64,000 nt of DNA, from contig JACROD010000017.1 in assembly GCA_016214605.1 (NCBI GenBank), forward strand, positions 1,183 to 65,182. Direction: 5' to 3'. The notes below the pieces were generated by a model, which saw only the letters and a program-made list of their open reading frames with translations, was not told the DNA's origin and did no database searches. The first letter of the stretch is position 1. Each line of letters begins with the position of its first letter. The translations under genes and the position numbers were made by a program. This document shows positions 48,535 to 55,396 of this stretch, piece after piece. The DNA is from Candidatus Kaiserbacteria bacterium (lineage in GTDB: Bacteria; Patescibacteriota; Minisyncoccia; Phycocordibacterales; UBA2100).

Positions 48535-49155
48535 ATGACATTTTACGACAGAAGCGAAGCGGGCAGACTCCTTGCAAAAAAACTTGGCGCTTACCGCCGC
48601 GCGGATGCGGTCGTCCTCGCGCTTCCGCGCGGCGGCGTGGTGCTCGGATATGAGGTCGCGCAAGACCTGGATCTGCCGCTCGACATCATCGCGGTGCGAA
48701 AAATAGGGCATCCGAACAATCCCGAATTTGCCGTATGCGCTGTCGATGAGCATGGAACGTTATTGTGCGATGAAGCCGGTCGTGCGTCGCTCGATCCCGA
48801 CTGGCTACGGCAAGAAGTGATGCGCGAGCAAAAAGAATCGCAACGCCGCAACAAGGTCTATCGGCAAGGCAAGAAGCCTCTATCGATCACCGGCAAGACG
48901 GCGATCATCGTCGATGACGGGGTCGCGACGGGCCTTACCATGCGGCTCGCGATCATGGCGGTGCGATCGCAGAAACCGAAGCGTATTGTAGTAGCGGTGC
49001 CGGTCGCACCGTTTGAACCGGTCGAACAGATCAGCGAGCAAGCGGACGAGTCTGTAGTGCTCACCCCGCCCGAAGATTTCCTCGGAGCCGTCGGTACCCA
49101 CTACGAGCGGTTTGCGCAAGTGAGCGACGATGAGGTCATCCGGTTGCTGAGTTGA
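48535..49155 (+). CDS. Predicted phosphoribosyltransferase (PRTase fold)
   Basis: PRTase PRPP-binding loop TAIIVDDGVATGLT. Overall layout similar to YhgH/ComF-less stand-alone PRTases. Confidence 0.7.
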   Translation: MTFYDRSEAGRLLAKKLGAYRRADAVVLALPRGGVVLGYEVAQDLDLPLDIIAVRKIGHPNNPEFAVCAVDEHGTLLCDEAGRASLDPDWLRQEVMREQKESQRRNKVYRQGKKPLSITGKTAIIVDDGVATGLTMRLAIMAVRSQKPKRIVVAVPVAPFEPVEQISEQADESVVLTPPEDFLGAVGTHYERFAQVSDDEVIRLLS

Positions 49156-49204
49156 CGTGATATTCAACAAAGGTTATTTGGGATACATTGAGTCAATGCT
49201 AAAA

Positions 49205-49430
49205 TAGTCGCGGGATAGCGAGAGTTGGTATTTTTCGGCTTTTGCCGGAAACGGGAGTCGTGCGATAAGTCCGTCATCCGCCTTGTGCGGTGGATCGTCT
49301 GAAAGGATGAAGGTGCGGTAAAAAGCGACAACCGGCTCACGGGTGTACCAAGAGCCCATTCGGGGAGGTGAACGAAAGGCGAAGCGGGCGACGAAATCCC
49401 GCCTATCTTCAAGTAACCGGTTATCCCGAC
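49205..49430 (+). ncRNA. rnpB: Candidate strongly reduced RNase P RNA (rnpB-like) or other structured ncRNA
   Basis: Order-preserving matches to bacterial RNase P conserved regions. CR-I-like GATAAGTCCGTCATCC (cf. GGAAAGUCCGGGCUCC). P11/12-like GGATGAAGGTGCGGTAAAAAGCGACAACC (cf. GGGUGAAANGGUGCGGUAAGAGCGCACC). CAAGAGCCCATTCGGGG (cf. CAAGGCCAAAUAGGGG). AGGTGAACGAAAGGC (cf. AGAUGAAUGACUGUC). CR-V-like AACCGGTTATC (cf. AACCCGGCUUAUC). The P1 ends pair (GTCGCGGGATA / TATCCCGAC). The region is about 225 nt, far shorter than the usual 330-400 nt, and the P5-P9 region is nearly absent. Confidence 0.45.
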
Positions 49431-49458
49431 AAAAAACTCCCCGCTCGGGGAGTTTTTT
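49431..49458. terminator. Rho-independent terminator (bidirectional A-run/hairpin/T-run)
   Basis: aaaaaactcccc-gctc-ggggagtttttt, immediately after the candidate ncRNA. Confidence 0.7.
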
Positions 49459-49611
49459 GTCGTTGGACCACCAACCTAGGATTGCACCTGCTTCATATGG
49501 TCGTCTATTGACACCGATATAATGTGTATGGTATACTGAAACCAGCTGATGGATCAAGGGATTCCCTCGCGATTCCAGGACAGCTCATTTACAAACTACA
49601 GGAGACTGACC

Positions 49612-50319
49612 ATGCCGAAAGGTATGCTCGGGAATAGCGAAGTGCTCCGCCGCATCATGAGCGGACCGTTCGCCGACCTCGCCGTTAAACTCAATAGCGA
49701 AGACTCGGATGAGTGGGAGGCAGCCCTCGGAACTTTCTTGCGCAAGGAGCCCACGTGGGTGGGCGGCGCAGTTGCCAATGTCGAAAAGGTGAAACCCCCG
49801 ACCCTCGTCCTCATCCAGACGGCGACTCTCGGCAAGATCGAGGGCAAGGAGACCCGCAGTTGCTTCGCCGGCGCCATCTGGGGCTATCGGGACAGTGACA
49901 TAGACCGCTGGTTTCCCGCGCGACAGATCGCGCAAACGGCCGGTTCGGTCGGAGTCTATCAGCTTCAGAATCCGAAAGGCACCGCCTTCCGGGAAATGGC
50001 GCTGGCGGCTCTGAAAGCCTCACCCGATACCTCCAACGACCAACTCGCCAAGATGCTGAAGGAGCGCGGACTCACGTTCACGATCCAAGCCATCGAACGA
50101 CTGGTCGAAAGGCAGGAAAGCGGCGAGGACGTCGGTTTGCGTACCGATGGTTACGCGAACCTTGCGTTCGCTGAAGACGCGAACGGGAGCGTCTCGGTTC
50201 TCCGTGTCGGCCGCAGCGTCGACGGGTGGGGCGCCTACGTCTACCGGTTCGGCGACGGCGGCAGGTGGCGTGCCGAGTACCGTCTGCTTCTCCGCAACTC
50301 GGTCACTGCGACGCTCTGA
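49612..50319 (+). CDS. DGR target protein (variable protein) with the C-terminal variable repeat
   Basis: 235 aa. RBS AGGAG before the ATG at 49612. The last roughly 36 codons coincide with the VR, and the TR-encoded version is rich in AAC codons. There is no signal peptide. The N-terminal domain has unknown fold. Confidence 0.7.
   Translation: MPKGMLGNSEVLRRIMSGPFADLAVKLNSEDSDEWEAALGTFLRKEPTWVGGAVANVEKVKPPTLVLIQTATLGKIEGKETRSCFAGAIWGYRDSDIDRWFPARQIAQTAGSVGVYQLQNPKGTAFREMALAALKASPDTSNDQLAKMLKERGLTFTIQAIERLVERQESGEDVGLRTDGYANLAFAEDANGSVSVLRVGRSVDGWGAYVYRFGDGGRWRAEYRLLLRNSVTATL
50189..50295 (+). repeat. DGR variable repeat (VR), at the 3' end of the target gene
   Basis: 107 bp aligned without gaps to the TR at 50578-50684. 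All 17 mismatches fall at positions that are A in the TR (AAT->CGT, AAC->GGC, ACG->GCG, A->T and so on). The 3' 24 bp gccgagtaccgtctgcttctccgc is identical (IMH-like). Confidence 0.85.
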
Positions 50320-50577
50320 CACTTGGACCCTTGCATTGGTCCCGTACCCCGCACTTCTGGAAACGGAAGTCGCGGGGTATATTTATGCATGAACACGCTG
50401 GCATCTCCGGTCTGGCTTTTGTTTTGGACTTGAGGTGGCGAGGTTCGCACTTCTTCAAAAAAAGAAGAGAGTTGGTGCGCTGTGCTCGCGGGCTTGCGGC
50501 CCCACATCAGATACAGCCCGGAGAGTATTCTATGGGCAGTGGCCTTCGCGGGCGTCATGGATGGCACGGCGCACGAA

Positions 50578-50684
50578 GCGTCTCGGTTCTCAATGTCAAC
50601 CGCAACGACGACAGGTGGAACGCCAACGTCAACCGGTTCGACGACGGCAACAGGTGGAATGCCGAGTACCGTCTGCTTCTCCGC
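50578..50684 (+). repeat. DGR template repeat (TR), non-coding, between the target gene and avd/RT
   Basis: A-rich template with five AAC and one AAT codon-equivalents that are substituted in the VR. No ORF covers it in frame with a plausible start. Confidence 0.85.
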
Positions 50685-50708
50685 CACTCACTCCTTTCTC
50701 CCCTAGCC

Positions 50709-51050
50709 CTATGCTCGGGGAGTTTTCGTTTCCAAATACTCCTTCCAACCGACGAGCATTTTGCTCGCCTCTACGAGCGGAGCCGAGAGATGTGCATATT
50801 GTTTGTCTGTGACCATGTCGATTTCCCAGCCGACAAGCAAAAAGAACTTTACCAAATCAAGGCGAACCACGGCGGCTTCAATTGCCGTTACTTTTTGTTG
50901 CCCCGATAGATAGCTGGCGCGGAAGGCCCATTCGAGCGTGGCAAGAAACAACTCATCTATCTTCTCGCCGAGCGTGCGTCGTTGTGTTTTAGCGATGTGC
51001 GGCAGGAGCCCTTGCCAGAGGCCGTAGGAATCTTTCAATACCAACACCAC
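50709..51050 (-). CDS. avd: Avd-like accessory variability determinant (four-helix-bundle protein / 23S rRNA IVS protein family)
   Basis: 113 aa. LKDSYGLWQG (cf. FKDLxVWQKA), then helical segments ending ... ASKMLVGWKEYLE (cf. KMLNGLIKSL) typical of the bAvd family. It is divergent from the RT. Confidence 0.6.
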   Translation of the reverse strand: MVLVLKDSYGLWQGLLPHIAKTQRRTLGEKIDELFLATLEWAFRASYLSGQQKVTAIEAAVVRLDLVKFFLLVGWEIDMVTDKQYAHLSAPLVEASKMLVGWKEYLETKTPRA

Positions 51051-51102
51051 GGGGACGAATTTTGGTTGCTGAATCGTGCGGGGGGGGGGTACGCTTTGAA
51101 GA

Positions 51103-52158
51103 ATGAGCGGAATCCGGTTTATCCATACCTATGAGGATATCATTTCTGTAGAAAATTTGCTCGCGGCATGGCGGGAATTTTTGAGAGGCAAACGCAAGAA
51201 GGATGACGTGCGCAAGTTTCAATACCATCTCTCCGACAACATCCTCGCGCTCCATCGCGACCTTAAGGACAAAACATACCGCCATGGCGCATACGAAGCC
51301 TTCAAGATCAATGACCCCAAGCCGCGCGATATCCACAAGGCGACGGTGCGCGACCGCCTGCTCCATCACGCGATCTACCGACACCTCTATCCATTTTTCG
51401 ACCACACCTTCATCGCGGATTCGTATTCATGCAGAAGAGGGAAGGGTACACACAAGGCGATGGATCGTTTCAGGTCATTCGCATACCAAGTATCCAAGAA
51501 TCACACGCGCACGGTATGGGTCTTGAAATGCGATATCAAGAAGTTTTTCGCATCCATCGACCAAGCCACACTGTTTGCTATCGTCGCGCGATACATCCCC
51601 GACAAGGACATCAGCCGACTCATTGGCGAGATCATCGGGAGTTTCCAGACCCACACAACTATGCCTATAGGACGATCTGTGTGTATGGAAAAGAGAAAAG
51701 GATTACCGCTCGGTAATCTCACTTCGCAACTGCTCGTGAACATCTATATGAATGAGTTCGACCAGTTCGTGAAGCACAAACTCAAAGCAAGACACTATGT
51801 GCGTTATGCCGACGATTTCGTGGTCATGAGTACGGATCGAGTATGGCTTGAAGGACTGATCCCGCTTATCGCGCGATTCCTCGACGAGCGCCTTGCGCTT
51901 TCGCTCCATCCAAACAAGGTCTCAATCGCAACACTTGCATCCGGTGTCGATTTCTTGGGATGGGTGCATTTCTCCGATCATCGGGTACTACGAACGACGA
52001 CAAAGCGTCGAATGTTGCGGCGCACCGCAGACCTTGAAAAAGACGACCCCACCGTACGGTCTTATCTTGGGATGCTGAGCCATGGTAATGGGGAGAAATT
52101 ACGGGACATGGTAACGAAAACAGTTTTTGCTTTACGCGAACCGAGCAAGCTAAAGTGA
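51103..52158 (+). CDS. Diversity-generating retroelement reverse transcriptase
   Basis: 351 aa. RT motifs 1-7 with YADD (RYADDFVVM). DGR hallmark motif 4 GLPLGNLTSQLLVNIYMNEFD (I/LGxxxSQ in place of the QGxxxSP of other RTs). N-terminal ENLLAAWREFLRGKRKK. No maturase/X or endonuclease domain. Confidence 0.85.
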   Translation: MSGIRFIHTYEDIISVENLLAAWREFLRGKRKKDDVRKFQYHLSDNILALHRDLKDKTYRHGAYEAFKINDPKPRDIHKATVRDRLLHHAIYRHLYPFFDHTFIADSYSCRRGKGTHKAMDRFRSFAYQVSKNHTRTVWVLKCDIKKFFASIDQATLFAIVARYIPDKDISRLIGEIIGSFQTHTTMPIGRSVCMEKRKGLPLGNLTSQLLVNIYMNEFDQFVKHKLKARHYVRYADDFVVMSTDRVWLEGLIPLIARFLDERLALSLHPNKVSIATLASGVDFLGWVHFSDHRVLRTTTKRRMLRRTADLEKDDPTVRSYLGMLSHGNGEKLRDMVTKTVFALREPSKLK

Positions 52159-52266
52159 TAGAAAGCCACCTCTCACGAGAGGGTTGTGTATAGGAAATGT
52201 GGAACAATATGCAACCCATAAACAGATCAAGGACAAGAATGAAAAGGTAGGGTATAATCGTGCGAT

Positions 52267-52383
52267 ATGGCAAAAAGACCGAATCAGGATATTAAAAACA
52301 AGACCTCACGTTCACACAAGACGAAAAAGCGTCTTGCGGCGAAGGTTGCAATGAAAGCTGCACGTAAACCGAAACAAAAATAA
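52267..52383 (+). CDS. Very small basic protein (38 aa), possibly ribosome-associated; speculative
   Basis: MAKRPNQDIKNKTSRSHKTKKRLAAKVAMKAARKPKQK. TATAAT lies 8 nt upstream of the ATG, suggesting a leaderless or short-leader mRNA. It is followed by a strong terminator. Confidence 0.3.
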   Translation: MAKRPNQDIKNKTSRSHKTKKRLAAKVAMKAARKPKQK

Positions 52384-52402
52384 GATTTGGGTGTTTTTAT
52401 AA

Positions 52403-52443
52403 AGCAGGCCGACGCGCCTCAGGCGCGTCGGCCTGCTTTTTTG
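52403..52443 (+). terminator. Rho-independent terminator
   Basis: agcaggccgacgcgcc-tcag-gcgcgtcggcctgc followed by tttttt. A 16-bp perfect stem. Confidence 0.8.
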
Positions 52444-52489
52444 GCCTGCTTTTTGGATCGCAAAGACCTTTCCGTGTTACAATATCTAA

Positions 52490-53464
52490 ATGAAAATATA
52501 CATAACCCGCATTATTCCCAATAAAGGTATCGCGCTGCTCAAAGAGCGCGGCTTCGAAGTAGTCATGAATCCCGAGGACCGCGTCCTTTCTCGAGAGGAG
52601 CTCATTGTCGCGCTCAAAGCCGACCGCTACAATGCGGTGCTCTGCCTCCTCACCGACAAGATCGACGCCGAGATCATGGATGCGGCGGGCCCGCAGTGCA
52701 AGATATTTGCCAACTATGCGGTCGGTTTCGACAATATAGATCTCGCGGCGGCGAAAGCGCACAATGTATTGGTAAGCAACACGCCGGGCGTGCTCTCCAA
52801 TGCCGTCGCCGAACACACCTTTGCGCTCATGTTTGCGGTCGCACGCCGTGTGGCCGAATCCGATCGATTCATCCGCAAGGGTTCATTTGAGGGTTGGGCG
52901 CCGATGATGTTGCTCGGCAACGAGATTATGGGCAAGACGCTTGGTATCATAGGACTCGGTGCGATCGGATCGCGCGTGGGACATAGTGCCGCCAAGGGAT
53001 TTGATATGAAAGTGATCTATCACGATATGAAGCGCTCCGAGATGTTTGAGCAGGATTGCGGCGGATCATTCCGCGAGAATGTCGATGATATTTTCAAAGA
53101 AGCTGATTTTGTCTCGATGCATGTGCCGCTCTTGCCGACGACCCAGCACATGGTCAACGACGCGCGCTTGCGCATGATGAAAAAGACCGCCTACCTCATC
53201 AATACCGCCCGCGGTCCGGTGGTAGACGAAGCCGCACTCGTGAAGGTCTTGCAGGAAGGCACAATCGCCGGTGCCGGTCTCGATGTCTTTGAGCACGAGC
53301 CGCAATTCGCCCCGGGACTCACCGATCTCGCCAATGTCGTACTCACGCCGCATACCGCATCTGCGACCATAGAGACACGCGACGCCATGAGCGAACTTGC
53401 CGCAAAAAATATCGTCGAGGCGCTTGAGGGGCGCACTCCGCCGACCTTGGTCGTGATGAAATAA
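52490..53464 (+). CDS. D-isomer specific 2-hydroxyacid dehydrogenase (glyoxylate/hydroxypyruvate reductase or PGDH-like)
   Basis: NAD-binding GIIGLGAIGSRVG. Catalytic R/E/H arrangement (NTARGPVVDE ... LDVFEHEP ... TPHTAS). Confidence 0.8.
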   Translation: MKIYITRIIPNKGIALLKERGFEVVMNPEDRVLSREELIVALKADRYNAVLCLLTDKIDAEIMDAAGPQCKIFANYAVGFDNIDLAAAKAHNVLVSNTPGVLSNAVAEHTFALMFAVARRVAESDRFIRKGSFEGWAPMMLLGNEIMGKTLGIIGLGAIGSRVGHSAAKGFDMKVIYHDMKRSEMFEQDCGGSFRENVDDIFKEADFVSMHVPLLPTTQHMVNDARLRMMKKTAYLINTARGPVVDEAALVKVLQEGTIAGAGLDVFEHEPQFAPGLTDLANVVLTPHTASATIETRDAMSELAAKNIVEALEGRTPPTLVVMK

Positions 53465-53512
53465 TCGGAAAGAAATAGAAAAACCACCGCGAACGTTCAG
53501 ACGTTCGCGGTG

Positions 53513-53830
53513 TCATGAGGCCTTCAGTGTGAAGTAATAGTCGGGATCGAGATATTTGGTGTTGATCTCGTGCACGATCTGCGGGGGATCAAGCTTGCCA
53601 AAGAGATACTGCCAAGATTCTTCCTGGAGTTTTGTCGGTACTTTGCTTATCTTCTCGCCGCGTACCTGCTCTGAAAGATCCGGGTATTGGGGCGTCTCGA
53701 TCTGTCGACATGCGACCCTGATCCCATGGAAAGGGTGCCATACGTTGATCTGTCGCGCAATATTGGTGGCGTAGAGATGACCAAAGATGTGATGCCATGC
53801 ATAATGCGCGCGCATCGTCAGTGTTATCAT
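53513..53830 (-). CDS. Small HNH-like hypothetical protein
   Basis: RAHYAWHHIFGHLYATNIARQINVWH has an HH ... N ... H spacing reminiscent of HNH nucleases. The start is uncertain (53830 or 53815). Weak call. Confidence 0.3.
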   Translation of the reverse strand: MITLTMRAHYAWHHIFGHLYATNIARQINVWHPFHGIRVACRQIETPQYPDLSEQVRGEKISKVPTKLQEESWQYLFGKLDPPQIVHEINTKYLDPDYYFTLKAS

Positions 53831-54088
53831 GTTCGGTTCTTTGGTCGGACCCTTATGCCTGCGTGGTCGGCGATGATGGCGGCTCTTTATCGTATCGGAG
53901 ATGGCATCAAGTCGTTTTTCTTGCGGGATGGGCGGCGGATCGCGCATGTGTCACCTCCATGTGCTCGTACCTTCTATGGTGCTCTCTGTAGTATATCGCA
54001 TGCACAGGAGAGTGCCGATCCGTGTTTTGTTGACCGATCGTGGTGCGGGTGGTACTGTCGCGACAGAAGAAATTCTTGAAATGGAGAG

Positions 54089-54616
54089 GTGGTTGTGATG
54101 AAAAAGATCATCCGTTCTGGACTTAAGTCTACCATTGTATATCTCGGAATATTTGGATCATCTTTGGTTCAGCCTGCGATCTCTGCCGAAGGTAAATACG
54201 ATCCGCTCCCACCCCCTAAAGAAGGCACTCTCTCCTGGGATCTCGAGCAGGGGATGCCTTATTGGGTGTTGCCCGGAACGGAATACACCAGTAGGATCAG
54301 GGCTTGTAAGGATCGACGGGAAATTGAAGAAATTCAAAAAGTGCTGGTCGCCCACAAGGGGGACCTAAAGAGGGGGGTGGAATTAGGCGCTCAGTTGTCC
54401 GACCGTCTTGTATCGGAGCACAAGTGTGTGGTGTTTCCGCTCCCGATCGATTATACAATCGTCGAGATCACGTCCACAAACCGAGTGGTCAATATCAGTC
54501 CTGATCCGGCTCTTACTCAGAAGCGTATGTTGGGGATGGTCGAGATCAAGATCAATGGTTCTCAGAATCTCTTTATGAGCGTCATGTTGCCGTATGATGT
54601 CGAGTTTTCTATATAG
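54089..54616 (+). CDS. Secreted hypothetical protein
   Basis: Signal peptide (KKIIRSGLKSTIVYLGIFGSSLVQPAISA). RBS GGAGAGGTGG. No domain recognised. Confidence 0.45.
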   Translation: MVVMKKIIRSGLKSTIVYLGIFGSSLVQPAISAEGKYDPLPPPKEGTLSWDLEQGMPYWVLPGTEYTSRIRACKDRREIEEIQKVLVAHKGDLKRGVELGAQLSDRLVSEHKCVVFPLPIDYTIVEITSTNRVVNISPDPALTQKRMLGMVEIKINGSQNLFMSVMLPYDVEFSI

Positions 54617-54633
54617 ACCGGCACCGGCAAACC

Positions 54634-54676
54634 ATAGGGCGCCTTGCACGCAGTGCAAGGCGCCCTATTCTTTTGC
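54634..54676 (+). terminator. Rho-independent terminator
   Basis: atagggcgccttgcac-gca-gtgcaaggcgccctat followed by tcttttgctttttgg. Confidence 0.8.
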
Positions 54677-54705
54677 TTTTTGGTGCTATACTTATGTGCA
54701 TATGT

Positions 54706-54947
54706 ACTACAATCACATGATGGATGGTTTTGGTATGGGTTTCCCGGGTTCTTTTGTGCCGCTCGTGTTGGCATTATTTATTTGGAGCGTCTTCTGGAAG
54801 GGGCTTGCGCTCTGGCACAGTGCGCGCCGCGGCGAGCAATGGTGGTTCATTGCTTTTCTCTTTATCAACACGATCGGGATTCTTGAGATCATCTATCTCT
54901 TCATCTACGCCAAGTACAAGCTCGACAATCTTTTTACCAAAAAATAA
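54706..54947 (+). CDS. Small two-TM membrane protein (DUF-type, hypothetical)
   Basis: MYYNHMMDGFGMGFPGSFVPLVLALFIWSVFWKGLALWHSARRGEQWWFIAFLFINTIGILEIIYLFIY. The ORF-track start (54594) overlaps the terminator and is unlikely. Confidence 0.45.
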
Positions 54948-54962
54948 CACCTTTACAGACAC

Positions 54963-54991
54963 AAAAAGCGCCGCTTACGCGGCGCTTTTTG
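54963..54991. terminator. Bidirectional rho-independent terminator between convergent genes
   Basis: aaaaagcgccgc-ttac-gcggcgcttttt. Confidence 0.8.
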
Positions 54992-55010
54992 TTGAAATCG
55001 ACTTGTCGAT

Positions 55011-55214
55011 TTACGCGACCTTGCTCACCTTGACTGCGTTGGGGCCCTTAGGGCTCTCACCGACTTCAAAGCTCACGTTGTCACCTTCACGAAGCTCATC
55101 GAAACGAGCGTTCACGAGTTCGTTCGAGTGGAAGAAAAGATCCTTTTCTTGCCCCTCGATCTTGATGAACCCGAAACCCTTATCGGTGAGTCGTGCAATT
55201 ATGCCTGTTTGCAT
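55011..55214 (-). CDS. Cold-shock protein (CspA family, CSD)
   Basis: MQTGIIARLTDKGFGFIKIEG ... DLFFH carries the RNP1/RNP2 motifs of cold-shock domains. Confidence 0.85.
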   Translation of the reverse strand: MQTGIIARLTDKGFGFIKIEGQEKDLFFHSNELVNARFDELREGDNVSFEVGESPKGPNAVKVSKVA

Positions 55215-55396
55215 GATGATATTGCGAAGAGTGGATAAAATATCAAGTCAGTGCGCCGAAGATGGAGATTCGAGCCTAGGTCTCTAAGAGTCAGCTCTGC
55301 GATTGATCCAATAAAGATAGCATGCCTCATATATTTTGTCAAGCATTTTACGCTGGTTATCCCCATATCCAGCCGAGTACGGTATACTGATGCTTC

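Noticed and set aside
48395-48537. 50-aa Lys-rich ORF (MQRSYTDKKKTLRQ ...) just upstream of the PRTase gene
   Set aside because: There is no RBS and the composition is low-complexity. It is probably leader sequence of the PRTase gene.
49164-49557. Two overlapping minus-strand ORFs (82 and 127 aa) in the groEL-side intergenic region
   Set aside because: They overlap the structured RNA candidate and its terminator, have no RBS, and have arginine-rich composition typical of antisense/GC artefacts.
50226-50909. 227-aa plus-strand ORF spanning the VR-TR intergenic region, TR and part of avd
   Set aside because: It has no RBS and runs through non-coding repeat DNA (TR) and antisense to the Avd-like gene. 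Its N- and C-terminal residues are just translations of the VR/TR repeat. High-GC DNA yields long spurious ORFs, so it is treated as an artefact.
51103-52158. Reverse transcriptase considered as a group II intron maturase or a retron RT
   Set aside because: It has no X/maturase or En domain and no flanking intron domain V/VI-like structure. No msr/msd-like inverted repeats were seen. Presence of IGxxxSQ-type motif 4 (LGNLTSQ), an Avd-like gene and a TR/VR pair with A-specific divergence makes DGR the clear assignment.
47487-54000. Prophage or integrative element covering DinD-like, DGR and HNH-like genes
   Set aside because: No integrase, terminase, capsid or tail genes were recognisable, and there is no flanking tRNA with an att duplication. 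The genes look like scattered accessory genes rather than a contiguous prophage.
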